Source: an uncultured bacterium (GTDB taxonomy: Bacteria > Zixibacteria > MSB-5A5 > CAIYYT01). From it: a DNA stretch of 64,000 bases. Shown here in pieces: positions 45,118 to 55,170 of the stretch; position 1 is the first letter of the stretch, and each line of letters starts with the position of its first letter. The position numbers were made by a program, and so were the translations under genes. Where the stretch lies: NCBI GenBank assembly GCA_963726455.1, contig CAVSCK010000004.1:231844-295843 (forward strand). The letters run 5' to 3'. The notes beneath the pieces were generated by a model, which was not told where the DNA came from, searched no databases, and saw nothing but the letters and a program-made list of their open reading frames with translations.

Positions 45118-46059
45118 TCACTCAGTTGAAGACGCAGCCACATTCGTGGTGTCAACGAACGGGATACCGGCTTCGTTGTTCGCGGGTGTCTCCGTTTGCG
45201 GGGCGGGATTGGCATCAACCGTGTCACTCTCGTCGAGTACCACGTTCTTGTCAAGATAATTGAGTCCGGAGAAATCGTTTACGACGATGATCGAAATACG
45301 CCGGTTGCGGGGATCTGATGGCCGTCCCGAAATCCTTGGCTCGGTATCGGCAAAACCACGAACCTCGCTGATTTGACTGTAGTTGAGGCCGTTGCCGGTC
45401 ATGTATCGTCTGGCGCTGTTACATCGGTCTGCCGAAAGCTCCCAGTTAGTGTAATTTGCATTCTGGGCGTATTGGAAATTATCAGTGTGGCCCTCGATAA
45501 TGATCTTGTTGGGAAGCTTGCCAAGTTGCTGGGCAATGACACTCAGCAAGAGCTTGGTGTTGGGCTTGAGATCGGCAGAGCCCTTTTCAAAGAAGGTCTC
45601 ACCCGACGAATCCAAGAGCTGTATCCGCAACCCTTCGGCCGTCATCTGGACTTCGATTTGGTTCTTCAAAGTCGAAAAAGTCTGATCCTTTTGGAGAGCG
45701 TCCATGATCTCGGTTGCGGCCCGCGCCAATTGCTTGCGCGCCTCAATCTCCATCTGCTTACGACTCAGCTCCTTGGTCATTGAGTTCTTACTTTTCATCT
45801 CGATAATCGAGTTGCCTTGCTTGGGCAGAATCGAACTGGAACCACCCTTCTTGAAGCCCGTAGGATCCTGAAAATAGCCGGCTACGTTTTCTTTAACAGC
45901 AGGAGATTGATTCACGAGCCACATCACAAGAAAGAACGCCATCATTGACGTGGTGAAGTCAGCGTAAGCAACTTTCCAGGAGCCACCATGGTGACCGCCG
46001 CCATGGCCGCCTTTCTTCTGTACGATTATTACCGGTTCTTGCTGGTCTTTCTCGCGCAT
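45118..46059 (-). CDS. motB: flagellar motor stator protein MotB (OmpA-like peptidoglycan-binding C-terminus)
   Basis: An N-terminal TM helix carries the conserved Asp (YADFTTSMMAFFLV). An OmpA-like domain follows, with a long C-terminal tail. Confidence 0.85.
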   Translation of the reverse strand: MREKDQQEPVIIVQKKGGHGGGHHGGSWKVAYADFTTSMMAFFLVMWLVNQSPAVKENVAGYFQDPTGFKKGGSSSILPKQGNSIIEMKSKNSMTKELSRKQMEIEARKQLARAATEIMDALQKDQTFSTLKNQIEVQMTAEGLRIQLLDSSGETFFEKGSADLKPNTKLLLSVIAQQLGKLPNKIIIEGHTDNFQYAQNANYTNWELSADRCNSARRYMTGNGLNYSQISEVRGFADTEPRISGRPSDPRNRRISIIVVNDFSGLNYLDKNVVLDESDTVDANPAPQTETPANNEAGIPFVDTTNVAASSTE

Positions 46060-46069
46060 GGTCTACACG

Positions 46070-46927
46070 CTATCTCGATCTGGTTTCGCGACAGGCGTTT
46101 TCGACTTCTTCGAAGGTGGGGCGTGTCGAACCATAGATCGCGCGGCGCGCAAACTCAACCGCGATCGAAGCCGCAAAACCCTTCTGGAATCCCAGCATGC
46201 CTTGCTTAAGGCACTCGTAGTAGCGGCTCGATTCATCAGTCAGTCCCTGAATATTGCGGGACACAGGGCCGAATAGGCCGTAGCAAAGAAGAATACCGAG
46301 GAACGTTCCGACCAGTGCCGCCGCCACTTTTTCGCCGATTTGCTCCGGCGGGCCGTTCAGCGCACCCATGGTGATAATAATACCGAGCACTGCGGCAACA
46401 ATACCAAAGCCGGGCAATGAATCGGCCATATTTTGAATCGAATCGGCGGGCTTTACTTCTTCGCCATGATGAGTCTCCAGGTCCAGTTCCATCAGTGCCT
46501 GGAGGTCGGTGGCGGATATGGCGCCGGTGATAATCACGCGCATCGTGTCGGAGAAGAAATGCACCGCATGATGATCTTTGAGGAAATCGGGATACTTCTT
46601 AATGATCGGTGATTCGAATGGCTTTTCGATGTGAGTCTCGAGTCCGACCAGTCCATCCTTACGGGCGACGTTGAAGATTTCATACATCATTACCAGCAGG
46701 TCGAGGAAATACTTCTTGGACGGTCCGGCTCCGAAAATCTTCGGCAGTTGTTGGGCCATCTTCTTCATGGTGGACAGCGGCGTGCCTACCAGGATCGATC
46801 CAACAGCAGCCGCCAGCATGATGACAAATTCCGCCGGCTGCACCAATACCGCCATCGGACCGCCTTCCATGAGGAAACCGCCGATAATCCCACCGAAGAC
46901 TACGAGTATTCCAATGATTGCAAACAT
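46070..46927 (-). CDS. motA: flagellar motor stator protein MotA
   Basis: Four TM helices and the MotA/TolQ/ExbB family pattern are present. Confidence 0.85.
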   Translation of the reverse strand: MFAIIGILVVFGGIIGGFLMEGGPMAVLVQPAEFVIMLAAAVGSILVGTPLSTMKKMAQQLPKIFGAGPSKKYFLDLLVMMYEIFNVARKDGLVGLETHIEKPFESPIIKKYPDFLKDHHAVHFFSDTMRVIITGAISATDLQALMELDLETHHGEEVKPADSIQNMADSLPGFGIVAAVLGIIITMGALNGPPEQIGEKVAAALVGTFLGILLCYGLFGPVSRNIQGLTDESSRYYECLKQGMLGFQKGFAASIAVEFARRAIYGSTRPTFEEVENACRETRSR

Positions 46928-47195
46928 GAATGTTCCTCTGCCCTCAATAGATTGTTGCTATCACTCTGATTTATTCGTCAGGTTTTGTAAAAAGTCGAAT
47001 GCAATTCCCAAGAAAAGCGGCTGCCGGAGGCAACTTGCACGGCGCAGGTGGCTCTGAGTGCGAAGACAACGGTATCCACTCTCAATCTGGGGCGAACCGC
47101 GTGAAAGGAATATTTGACTGTTTCGGAGTGAATCAGCTTTCGGCCGTCTTGCGACAAAACGCTGATTTCAGTAAAGAAACCACTGTTTCAGTGTT

Positions 47196-47222
47196 TCAAG
47201 TATTTCGTTGTGCTGCCGATAC
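47196..47222 (+). promoter_or_regulatory. candidate sigma28 (FliA) promoter TCAAGTAT-N11-GCCGATAC
   Basis: The consensus is TAAAGTTT-N11-GCCGATAA. The site lies about 85 nt upstream of the second motA. Confidence 0.4.
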
Positions 47223-47308
47223 TTTGAAGAAGCAGGCGGAAAATGCCGCCAAAACATTGATGTTGTTTTGAAACAGGAGTTTACTTGCTGACCGTCAAGC
47301 GTGATACC

Positions 47309-48076
47309 ATGGCTCTCGACATAGCCACGCTCGCCGGACTTATCGTTGGTGTCGGCGCAATACTGATTTCGTTTCTGATGGAAGGGGGCTCACTCAATTC
47401 CATCTTCCAGATTCCGGCAATCATGATCGTGATTTTCGGTACGCTCGGCGCCGGAATGATAACCACGTCGATTAAGACGGTCGTCGCAATTCCGACCTAC
47501 CTGCGGATCGCGTTTTTCGGAAAATCGATTGATGCCATTGCCACGATAGATCAAGTCGTCTGGATGGCCGAGAAGGCGCGGCGCGACGGAATACTCGGAC
47601 TCGAAAAACATGTAAATGACGCCTCCATACCTTTCTTCCGCAAAGCGCTGCAATTGCTGGTGGACGGTACGGAAGTAACAGCATTGCGGGACATTCTGGA
47701 GACAGAGATTTCGTACGTCGAAGAACGGCATCGTCAGGGAATCGAACTGTTCAAGAAGCTCGGCGGCTTTTCGCCGACGCTGGGTATTATTGGCACGGTG
47801 CTGGGCTTGATTCACACGCTATCGAATACGACGGATACCTCACGGATGGCGACCGGAATTGCCTCGGCCTTCATTGCGACACTCTGGGGTGTCTGCATGG
47901 CGAACCTGTTCTATTTGCCGGTCGGCGACAAACTGCGGCACCGGCACATCGACGAGATGACTAACCTCGATCTTATTCTCGAAGGAGTCGTGGCGATACA
48001 GTCCGGCGAAAATCCGCGCATGATTCGAACCAAGCTGATGTCATTTGTAAACCCGCCCGCCAGATCGGGAATGTAA
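47309..48076 (+). CDS. flagellar motor stator protein MotA/PomA paralog
   Basis: The MotA family assignment is clear. The ATG at 47309 is used in preference to the TTG at 47285. Confidence 0.85.
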   Translation: MALDIATLAGLIVGVGAILISFLMEGGSLNSIFQIPAIMIVIFGTLGAGMITTSIKTVVAIPTYLRIAFFGKSIDAIATIDQVVWMAEKARRDGILGLEKHVNDASIPFFRKALQLLVDGTEVTALRDILETEISYVEERHRQGIELFKKLGGFSPTLGIIGTVLGLIHTLSNTTDTSRMATGIASAFIATLWGVCMANLFYLPVGDKLRHRHIDEMTNLDLILEGVVAIQSGENPRMIRTKLMSFVNPPARSGM

Positions 48077-48079
48077 TTC

Positions 48080-48931
48080 ATGGCAAGGCGCAAGAGAGTT
48101 GACGATAGCGAGAATACTGATCGCTGGCTTCTGACCTATGCCGATCTGCTCACGCTGTTGCTAGCGTTCTTCGTAATCATGTACTCCATGTCACGCATCG
48201 ACGCCAAGCGATTCGGCAAGATGAGCGAGCATTTGCAGGGCGCGTTTCATCAGAGCGAATCGGAAGACCCAACTGCCGTCAACCAGGCCGACCTCGGAGC
48301 CGGAACTTTCAAGATTGGGCGGTTGAAAACGATCGCACAGCACTTGAGATCAACGTTAGGGACGGTACCGGATCGCTCGAGCATGGGCGGCCAGGGGATT
48401 CCAATGACTCGTGCTGATTCCAGTGACGCTCCGCCGGGATTCTCGGCCACGGAACCGATTTCAGTGGAAATCAATGAACGGGGGTTGGTCATTCACGTGC
48501 TGGAATCGACACTGTTCGAATCGGCGCAGGCAACACTCAGGCCGGAAGCGCTTGATGTGCTTGACCGCATCGGCAAAGAGATTCGCGACATTCCGAATCA
48601 GATTCGTGTGGAAGGGCATACCGACGACCGGCCGATCAACACGGCGCGATTTCCCTCCAACTGGGAATTGTCATCAGCGCGCGCGACATCCGTGGTGCGC
48701 TACTTCATCGACAAGTACAGTTTTCCACCTGACCGCCTCTCGGCGCTGGGGTTCGGGGAATTTCGGCCAATGGTTACCAATAATTCTGACGCCAACCGCG
48801 CGAAGAATCGTCGCGTCGACATTGTGGTGCTAACCGACAATCTGTCCAGGTTTGAACCGGCGCCGGTCGACAGTATCGATCAGCTAGGCGCCCGTCGAAG
48901 AGAACAATTTTCAAGCGACCTTGGAAGATAA
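48080..48931 (+). CDS. flagellar motor stator protein MotB/PomB paralog
   Basis: A TM helix carries the conserved Asp (TYADLLTLLLAFFV) and an OmpA-like domain follows. Confidence 0.85.
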   Translation: MARRKRVDDSENTDRWLLTYADLLTLLLAFFVIMYSMSRIDAKRFGKMSEHLQGAFHQSESEDPTAVNQADLGAGTFKIGRLKTIAQHLRSTLGTVPDRSSMGGQGIPMTRADSSDAPPGFSATEPISVEINERGLVIHVLESTLFESAQATLRPEALDVLDRIGKEIRDIPNQIRVEGHTDDRPINTARFPSNWELSSARATSVVRYFIDKYSFPPDRLSALGFGEFRPMVTNNSDANRAKNRRVDIVVLTDNLSRFEPAPVDSIDQLGARRREQFSSDLGR

Positions 48932-49012
48932 TTCCGCTCAGTAGTTTGGCCCGTCTAAAGCGAGTCACTTAACCTGTATGGCTCGCAATCACTTAACCGA
49001 CCTCTTTCAACT

Positions 49013-49028
49013 TGGCACGCCGCTTGTA
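49013..49028 (+). promoter_or_regulatory. candidate sigma54 promoter TGGCACG-N4-TTGTA (imperfect -12)
   Basis: The -24 TGGCACG is perfect. The -12 reads TTGT instead of TTGC. The site lies about 30 nt upstream of flgB. Confidence 0.3.
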
Positions 49029-49055
49029 TTCTCTCTAGCGGGAGAATAATGGCCT

Positions 49056-49478
49056 ATGGCAGACATGGTACAGAAAGCGCTATTCAATTCGGGACTAATT
49101 CCGACGTACAGCAAGCTCGCGGATTTGTCGGCGTTAAAGCACAAGTTGATTGCTTCCAATGTCGCCAACGCAAGCACGAAGGGCTATCAGAAGAAGGACA
49201 TCGACTTTGACAAGGAATTGAAGAAGGCCACCGGCAAACCAAAGATGAATGCCTCAGTTACTGATCCACGACACATACCGCTTGGCAATACGCCGGGTGG
49301 TCCGCCGAAGATCCAGCAGATCAAGCAGACGGAAAATTCCACCGGTGTCAATGCCGTCGATATCGATCAGGAAATGGCCGACCTTGCACAGAATCAGATC
49401 ATTTTCGATTATGGCGCGGAAATGCTTTCGCGCAATTTCAAAGCCCTAAAATCGGCGATCCGAGGAAGGGAAGTGTAA
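49056..49478 (+). CDS. flgB: flagellar basal-body rod protein FlgB
   Basis: The N-terminal rod motif (SNVANASTKGYQKKDIDF) and the C-terminal AEML..NFKAL motif are present. Confidence 0.85.
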   Translation: MADMVQKALFNSGLIPTYSKLADLSALKHKLIASNVANASTKGYQKKDIDFDKELKKATGKPKMNASVTDPRHIPLGNTPGGPPKIQQIKQTENSTGVNAVDIDQEMADLAQNQIIFDYGAEMLSRNFKALKSAIRGREV

Positions 49479-49481
49479 TCC

Positions 49482-49976
49482 ATGAGTAACCTGTTTTCAT
49501 CGCTGAAGATTTCCGGTTCGGGTTTGTCGGTCTTCCGCAGCAAAATGAACGTTGCCGCCGAGAACATCGCCAATGCCGAAACGACCAAGACCGATGCCGG
49601 TGGGCCCTACAAGAAGAAGGAAGTCCAGATTTCCGCCAAACAAGTGAACGAACCGTTTGCCCGGGAACTGCAGGCAGCCAGAGTTACACTGGCGCAAACC
49701 GACCGGAAGCACCTGCCGCAAAACGCCGTTTCCCTGAACAAAGCAGAGAATGTTTCTCAGGCGGAAGGCGAAGTCACGGTTGATCGCGATCAGCCCGCCC
49801 GAGTGATATATGACCCGTCGCATCCGGATGCCGACGAAAACGGTTTTGTGTCGATGCCTGATGTCGATCCGCTGATTGAAATGGTGGAGATGATGACGGC
49901 GTCGCGGGCCTATGAAGCGAATATTTCAGCATTACAAACTACGAAGTCAATGACCGCGAAGGCACTTGATATATAA
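49482..49976 (+). CDS. flgC: flagellar basal-body rod protein FlgC (with ~25-aa internal insertion)
   Basis: The SGSGLS, ENIANAETT and C-terminal MVEMMTASRAYEAN motifs are present. Confidence 0.85.
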   Translation: MSNLFSSLKISGSGLSVFRSKMNVAAENIANAETTKTDAGGPYKKKEVQISAKQVNEPFARELQAARVTLAQTDRKHLPQNAVSLNKAENVSQAEGEVTVDRDQPARVIYDPSHPDADENGFVSMPDVDPLIEMVEMMTASRAYEANISALQTTKSMTAKALDI

Positions 49977-49987
49977 GTGGAGCAGCT

Positions 49988-50215
49988 ATGAAAGTCAACG
50001 AAGCCAACCTGCAACTATACCGCATCGACCAGACGCGCAATGTGCAGAATCACCAGCCGGTCAAACCGGCGGAAGCAAACCAGTTTCTGAAGGCGCGGTT
50101 TGCCGACTTGCTGTCGGAAAATGAACGAGCGTTTATCGTGCAGAATTTCAAGCCGGATACATCGCCGGATACCAAGAAACCCAAACTCGGACGATTCATC
50201 GACGTTAGAGCATGA
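49988..50215 (+). CDS. hypothetical 75-aa protein embedded between flgC and fliE
   Basis: The ORF lies in the operon frame context and its stop overlaps the fliE start (ATGA). No homology was recognised. Confidence 0.45.
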   Translation: MKVNEANLQLYRIDQTRNVQNHQPVKPAEANQFLKARFADLLSENERAFIVQNFKPDTSPDTKKPKLGRFIDVRA

Positions 50216-50514
50216 ACCCGATTACGATAAATACGCTGCCGCAGGAAATTTCCCTGCCGACCGGCCAGGCGGTATTCAAACCCGAAGCCAGCGCTGAGAA
50301 TTTCAAGGAGACGCTAAGCCATTTCGTGCAATCGGTGAATGATTTGCAGGGCAAAGCATCCGATGCGCAGGCAAGTTTTCTCAAGGGCGAAATTACCGAT
50401 GTTCATCAGGTGATGATCGCAGTTGAGGAAGCGTCGGTGGCGTTTGAGTTACTCATGGAGATTCGTAACAAGCTGTTAGACTCATATCAGCAGATCATAC
50501 GCATGTCGGTTTAA
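50212..50514 (+). CDS. fliE: flagellar hook-basal body protein FliE
   Basis: The C-terminal motif is conserved (DVHQVMIAVEEASVAFELLMEIRNKLLDSYQQIIRM). Confidence 0.8.
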   Translation: MNPITINTLPQEISLPTGQAVFKPEASAENFKETLSHFVQSVNDLQGKASDAQASFLKGEITDVHQVMIAVEEASVAFELLMEIRNKLLDSYQQIIRMSV

Positions 50515-50532
50515 ATTCTCTAACCTCGGAGC

Positions 50533-52155
50533 ATGGATGCAATGAAGAGGCTGTTTGAACATTATTATGAATTAATCGGACGCATGGCGCCCAGCCAGAT
50601 ATTGCTGGGTTCAATCGTCGTTATCGGCGCCATTGTTGCCACTATCATGATCGTCAGTTGGGCCAAGAGCCAGTATTACGCCCCGCTGTATACCGGACTT
50701 TCCGCCGAGGACGCCGGCAAAATTGTCGAACGCCTCAAGGAAATGAAAGTTACCTACCAGATCGGCGACAACGGCACGAGTATCAGTATACCGTCGAACG
50801 ACGTGTACGAGACCCGCATGAAGCTGGCCACCGCCGGTCTGCCCAGTCCGCAGAATATCGGCTATGCTCTGCTGGATCAAACCAACATCGGAATGACCGA
50901 TTTTCTGCAAAAAGTCAATTATCGACGGGCACTGGAAGGCGAATTGGCGCGAACGATTATGGGACTTACCGAGGTTGAAGCAGCCCGAGTGCATCTGGTG
51001 ATTCCGGAAGACCGCCTTTTCAAAGAAGACCAGCACACGCCGACTGCTTCGGTCGTTTTGAAATTGCGGGGGCCAATGCCGCTGGGAAAAAGGCAACTGC
51101 AGGGTATCGGCTATTTGGTGGCATCGTCCGTCGAAGGCATGACTGCCGACAAGGTTACGATCCTGGATGACAGCGGCAATTTGCTGAGCGGCATGCAATC
51201 GAGCGACGAATCGGCCATGCTGTCTGCCACGCAGTTTGACATGCGCAAGAATGTTGAAGATTACCTGGAAGAAAAGGCACAGTCGCTGATGCAGGGTGTG
51301 ATCGGACAGGGACGGGCGATAGTACGTGTCACCGCAGAACTAAATTTCGAAAAGACCAACACACAGATCGAACAATACGATCCTGATCTGGTTGCTATCC
51401 GCAGTGAACAACGCACAACCCAGAAGGGAAGTCAATTAGAGGGCGCTATCTCGCCAACGCAAACGGCAGCTACTGCTGCCGGCGGGACTGGAACTGCCGG
51501 TGGAGCCACAACAGGGGCAACGACTCCGGCGACCGCTTCGCCGGTCGCGGCCAATACGAGTACCGACAACTCCGAAGATGTGATAACCAACTATGAAGTT
51601 TCCAAGACAATCCGGAATATCATTGGCGAAGTCGGCAGTATCAAGCGGTTGACCGTCGCCGTAATGGTAGACGGCACTTACAAGGAAGCCAAGACTCCTG
51701 AAGGAGAAGTGTCGCGGGAATACCAGGCGCGATCCCAGGAGGAGCTGGGCCGGTTCGCGTCGATTATCAAAAACGCCGTCGGCTTTAGCGATACGCGCGC
51801 CGATCAATTCGAGATTCAGAGCGTGCCATTCGACAATTCGCTGCTGGTAACCAACGACAAAGAGATGCTGCAGACCGAGAAGATGACCAATTATCTGGTT
51901 TATGGCAAGAAGATTGGGACGGTGCTGCTGATTATCGTGGCATTCCTTTACGTGAAGCGGAAACTCAAGAAGGTTTTCAAAGCTGTGGCCAGATACGCTC
52001 CGCCGCCGCCCGCGCTGCCCGTCGCTGTAGAGCCGGAGATTCCGGCGAAACCACAGAAGCCGCGGTTGATTGACACGATGAAGACGCAGGCCAAGGGCAA
52101 GAACGAGGAAATCGCCAAAGTCATCAAGACGATGATGGCGGAGGTTCAACAGTAA
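50533..52155 (+). CDS. fliF: flagellar MS-ring protein FliF
   Basis: The protein has two TM segments. FliF periplasmic ring-building motifs are present, with a Thr/Ala-rich linker. Confidence 0.9.
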   Translation: MDAMKRLFEHYYELIGRMAPSQILLGSIVVIGAIVATIMIVSWAKSQYYAPLYTGLSAEDAGKIVERLKEMKVTYQIGDNGTSISIPSNDVYETRMKLATAGLPSPQNIGYALLDQTNIGMTDFLQKVNYRRALEGELARTIMGLTEVEAARVHLVIPEDRLFKEDQHTPTASVVLKLRGPMPLGKRQLQGIGYLVASSVEGMTADKVTILDDSGNLLSGMQSSDESAMLSATQFDMRKNVEDYLEEKAQSLMQGVIGQGRAIVRVTAELNFEKTNTQIEQYDPDLVAIRSEQRTTQKGSQLEGAISPTQTAATAAGGTGTAGGATTGATTPATASPVAANTSTDNSEDVITNYEVSKTIRNIIGEVGSIKRLTVAVMVDGTYKEAKTPEGEVSREYQARSQEELGRFASIIKNAVGFSDTRADQFEIQSVPFDNSLLVTNDKEMLQTEKMTNYLVYGKKIGTVLLIIVAFLYVKRKLKKVFKAVARYAPPPPALPVAVEPEIPAKPQKPRLIDTMKTQAKGKNEEIAKVIKTMMAEVQQ

Positions 52156-53172
52156 GTGGCGATCAAGTACGAGGAACTAACGTCGGTCCAGAAAGCGGCG
52201 ATCGCGCTGATCGCCTTCGGCACTGAGGTTTCAGCCGAAGTGCTCAAGAGTCTCACCGACACCGAACTCGAGCGCCTGACGATTGAGATCGCCAATATGC
52301 GAGACATCCCGGGCGAAATCGAAGAACGCGTGATTCAGGAATGTTACGACATCTTCCTGGCGCGCGAGTATATCAGCCAGGGCGGTGTTGACTATGCGCG
52401 ACTGCTTTTGGAGCGCGCCATCGGGTCGAACCGTGCGGTCGAGATTCTCAAGCGACTGGAGTCCTCGCTCACTACATCCGGATTCAATCTGCTAAAAGGG
52501 ATCGATCCCAAGCAACTGACGAACTATATTCAGAACGAACACCCGCAAACAATATCGTTGATCCTGACCCAGCTCACACCACAGCAGGCAGCGAGTGTGC
52601 TCGCGGAATTTCCGCCGGAACTGCAATCAGAAGTGGCGTTGCGTATCGCAACCATGGAGAAGATTTCACCCGAAGTGTTGAAGGACATCGAACATACTCT
52701 AGATATGCATTTCTCCGGTTCGGCTTTTCGCGAAAGCAAGCAATCTGGCGGCGCCAAAGCGCTGGCCGATATTCTGAACTTGACGGAGACTTCCGCCGAG
52801 AAACATATCCTGCAAACTCTTGAAGCCGACAATCCTGATCTGGCAGCCGAGATCAAGAACATGATGTTCGTGTTCGAAGACATCATTCTTCTTGACGACC
52901 GCTCGATCCAGCGAATGCTTAAGGAAGTCGAGACCAAGGACGTTGCGATCGCTCTCAAGGCGGCATCGGATGACGTTAAGAACAAGGTCTATACCAACGT
53001 GTCCGAACGCGTGTCCATCATGATCAAAGAGGAAATCGAATTCATGGGTCCGATGCGTTTATCGGATGTGGAAGCGGCGCAACAGCGGATCGTTGAAACT
53101 ATACGCCGTCTGGAGGAAGAGGGACAGATTGTCATCTCCGGCAGGGGAGGCAAGGAAGATGTCGTCGTCTAA
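52156..53172 (+). CDS. fliG: flagellar motor switch protein FliG
   Basis: Start codon is GTG. The middle and C-terminal FliG domains are recognisable. Confidence 0.9.
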   Translation: MAIKYEELTSVQKAAIALIAFGTEVSAEVLKSLTDTELERLTIEIANMRDIPGEIEERVIQECYDIFLAREYISQGGVDYARLLLERAIGSNRAVEILKRLESSLTTSGFNLLKGIDPKQLTNYIQNEHPQTISLILTQLTPQQAASVLAEFPPELQSEVALRIATMEKISPEVLKDIEHTLDMHFSGSAFRESKQSGGAKALADILNLTETSAEKHILQTLEADNPDLAAEIKNMMFVFEDIILLDDRSIQRMLKEVETKDVAIALKAASDDVKNKVYTNVSERVSIMIKEEIEFMGPMRLSDVEAAQQRIVETIRRLEEEGQIVISGRGGKEDVVV

Positions 53173-53815
53173 TGTCTTCTCGCATTTTTCCTGGGCGGCC
53201 GAAGCACATCCGGTCGGCAGCGAAGAGTTCATTCAACACTTCTACCGCGACAAAGAAGAGAACTCCTCCGAAGGGCTGAAGCTCAAGCAGCTACAAGAAC
53301 AGCACCAGGTCGAGGTCCAGAAAGCATATCAGAACGGCTATGCTCAGGGCGAGGCGGCCGGCCTTCAGAAAGGTTTGGCCGAAGCGCGCCACGTCGAATC
53401 GCAACTAGCCGCAGCCATCAACGCGTTACTTGCGTACCAACAGAGTGTTTACGAACAAGCCCGAACCCAACTTCTGGAAATGTCATTTGCCCTGGCAGAC
53501 AAGATCACAAGTGCGCGTGCGGTAGCAGAACAAGATACCGTGGTCGGAACGATTAATCGCTGCGTCGCAGAGATCCTCGATAAGACCCGCATCAAGATCA
53601 AAGTGAGTCCCGAGCAGTATGATTTCGTCAAGTCCAAGCTCGGTGAACTCATCAGGAATAATGAGTCCATTTCCGCAGCAGTAGTCGAGTGCGACAGCCG
53701 TGTCTCGCTCGGCGGATGCATCATCGAAACAGATTCCGGCTCCGCTGACGCTCGAATCGAATGTCAACTGAATATGCTTCGCGATAAGTTAATTGCGCTG
53801 GAGCAAACGTCGTGA
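53159..53815 (+). CDS. fliH: flagellar assembly protein FliH
   Basis: A coiled-coil N-terminus is followed by a FliH/ATP-synthase-b-like C-terminus. The ATG at 53159 overlaps the fliG end. Confidence 0.7.
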   Translation: MSSSNVFSHFSWAAEAHPVGSEEFIQHFYRDKEENSSEGLKLKQLQEQHQVEVQKAYQNGYAQGEAAGLQKGLAEARHVESQLAAAINALLAYQQSVYEQARTQLLEMSFALADKITSARAVAEQDTVVGTINRCVAEILDKTRIKIKVSPEQYDFVKSKLGELIRNNESISAAVVECDSRVSLGGCIIETDSGSADARIECQLNMLRDKLIALEQTS

Positions 53816-55170
53816 ACGGTCAAATTGATTTTGCTCACCAGAAGGAGATTATCCAACGAACTTCCGGGATTCGGCTCGACGGCAAAGTCTGCCGCGTTAT
53901 CGGGTTGGTGGTGGAGTCGATCGGACCGCAGGTGTCGATCGGGGAGATCTGCAAGATTTACAATCGCAGCTTGGCAAAGCCGGTACCTGCTGAAGTTGTG
54001 GGCTTCAAAGACAATCTCGTATTGCTGATGCCGCTGGGCGACATGGAAGGGATTAATCCGGGTTCCATTGTCGAGGCCACCGGCTCGGTATTGCGCATCG
54101 GTGTCGGCGACAAATTGCTGGGCAGAATAGTCAACGGCCTTGGCGAACCGATTGACGATCTGGGTCCGATAGATGTTAGCCACTATCAGCCAATTGTCGC
54201 GCGCGCACCGCACCCGCTCAAACGCCAACGCATTAAAGAACAGATGCACACGGGCGTTCGCGCAATTGACGTCTTTGTCAGTTGCGGTAGGGGACAGCGA
54301 CTCGGAATCTTTGCCGGTTCCGGCGTTGGGAAATCCGTGTTGTTGGGTATGATTGCGAAACGTTCCTCAGCCGTCGTTAACGTTATTGCATTGATAGGCG
54401 AACGCGGCCGCGAAGTCCGTGAGTTTATCGAACGTGATTTGGGACCGGAAGGTCTGAGCCGTTCTGTTGTTGTGGCCGTGACATCGGATGAGCCATCACT
54501 AATGAAAATCAAAGGCGCCATGACGGCGACCGCGATTGCGGAATACTTTCGCAAGCAAGGCAAAGATGTGATTCTGATGCTGGACTCCATTACGCGTATC
54601 GCCTTTGCGCAACGCGAAATCGGCCTTGCCGTAGGTGAACCACCGGCCACCAAGGGCTACACGCCATCCGTGTATGCGATGTTGCCGAAACTTCTCGAAC
54701 GTGCCGGAGCCGACCATACGGGATCGATCACGGGGCTGTACACGATTCTCGTCGAGGGCGACGATTTCAACGAGCCGATCTCCGACCAGGTGCGCTCGAT
54801 TCTTGATGGTCACATCACCTTGTCACGGACGCTTGCGCATCGCAAGCATTATCCGGCAATTGACATTTTGCAGTCGATCTCGCGCGTGATGATCGACGTC
54901 GTTTCCGAGGAACATCGTCAGCTAGCCGGAGATGCCCGCAAAGTGCTGGCGGTCTATTCCGAGAACGAAGATTTGATCAACATCGGCGCTTACGTCAAGG
55001 GCTCATCGGCGGATATCGACAGCGCCATTGCGAAAGTGCCGCGATTGAACGAATTCCTGCAGCAGGATATCAACGCCGAGCCGGCGCAATTCGGCGCAGA
55101 CTTGGAACGATTGAAAGGTATCGTCGGTGAAAAAGTTCCGCTTCCGCCTGCAGAAACTGCTGCAAGTTAA
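53812..55170 (+). CDS. fliI: flagellum-specific ATPase FliI
   Basis: A Walker A (GSGVGKS) and Walker B are present, with F1-ATPase beta-like fold. The start is GTG. Confidence 0.9.
   Translation: MNGQIDFAHQKEIIQRTSGIRLDGKVCRVIGLVVESIGPQVSIGEICKIYNRSLAKPVPAEVVGFKDNLVLLMPLGDMEGINPGSIVEATGSVLRIGVGDKLLGRIVNGLGEPIDDLGPIDVSHYQPIVARAPHPLKRQRIKEQMHTGVRAIDVFVSCGRGQRLGIFAGSGVGKSVLLGMIAKRSSAVVNVIALIGERGREVREFIERDLGPEGLSRSVVVAVTSDEPSLMKIKGAMTATAIAEYFRKQGKDVILMLDSITRIAFAQREIGLAVGEPPATKGYTPSVYAMLPKLLERAGADHTGSITGLYTILVEGDDFNEPISDQVRSILDGHITLSRTLAHRKHYPAIDILQSISRVMIDVVSEEHRQLAGDARKVLAVYSENEDLINIGAYVKGSSADIDSAIAKVPRLNEFLQQDINAEPAQFGADLERLKGIVGEKVPLPPAETAAS

Noticed and set aside
46928-47100. sigma54 or sigma28 promoter for the minus-strand motAB pair
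   Set aside because: Only weak partial matches were found (for example ACGAATAA versus GCCGATAA, and a GG/GC pair with wrong spacing). They are not reported as features.
50611-52149. Minus-strand ORFs 50611-51198 and 51436-52149
   Set aside because: They are antisense to fliF. Their composition is Arg/His/Gly-rich, typical of shadow frames.
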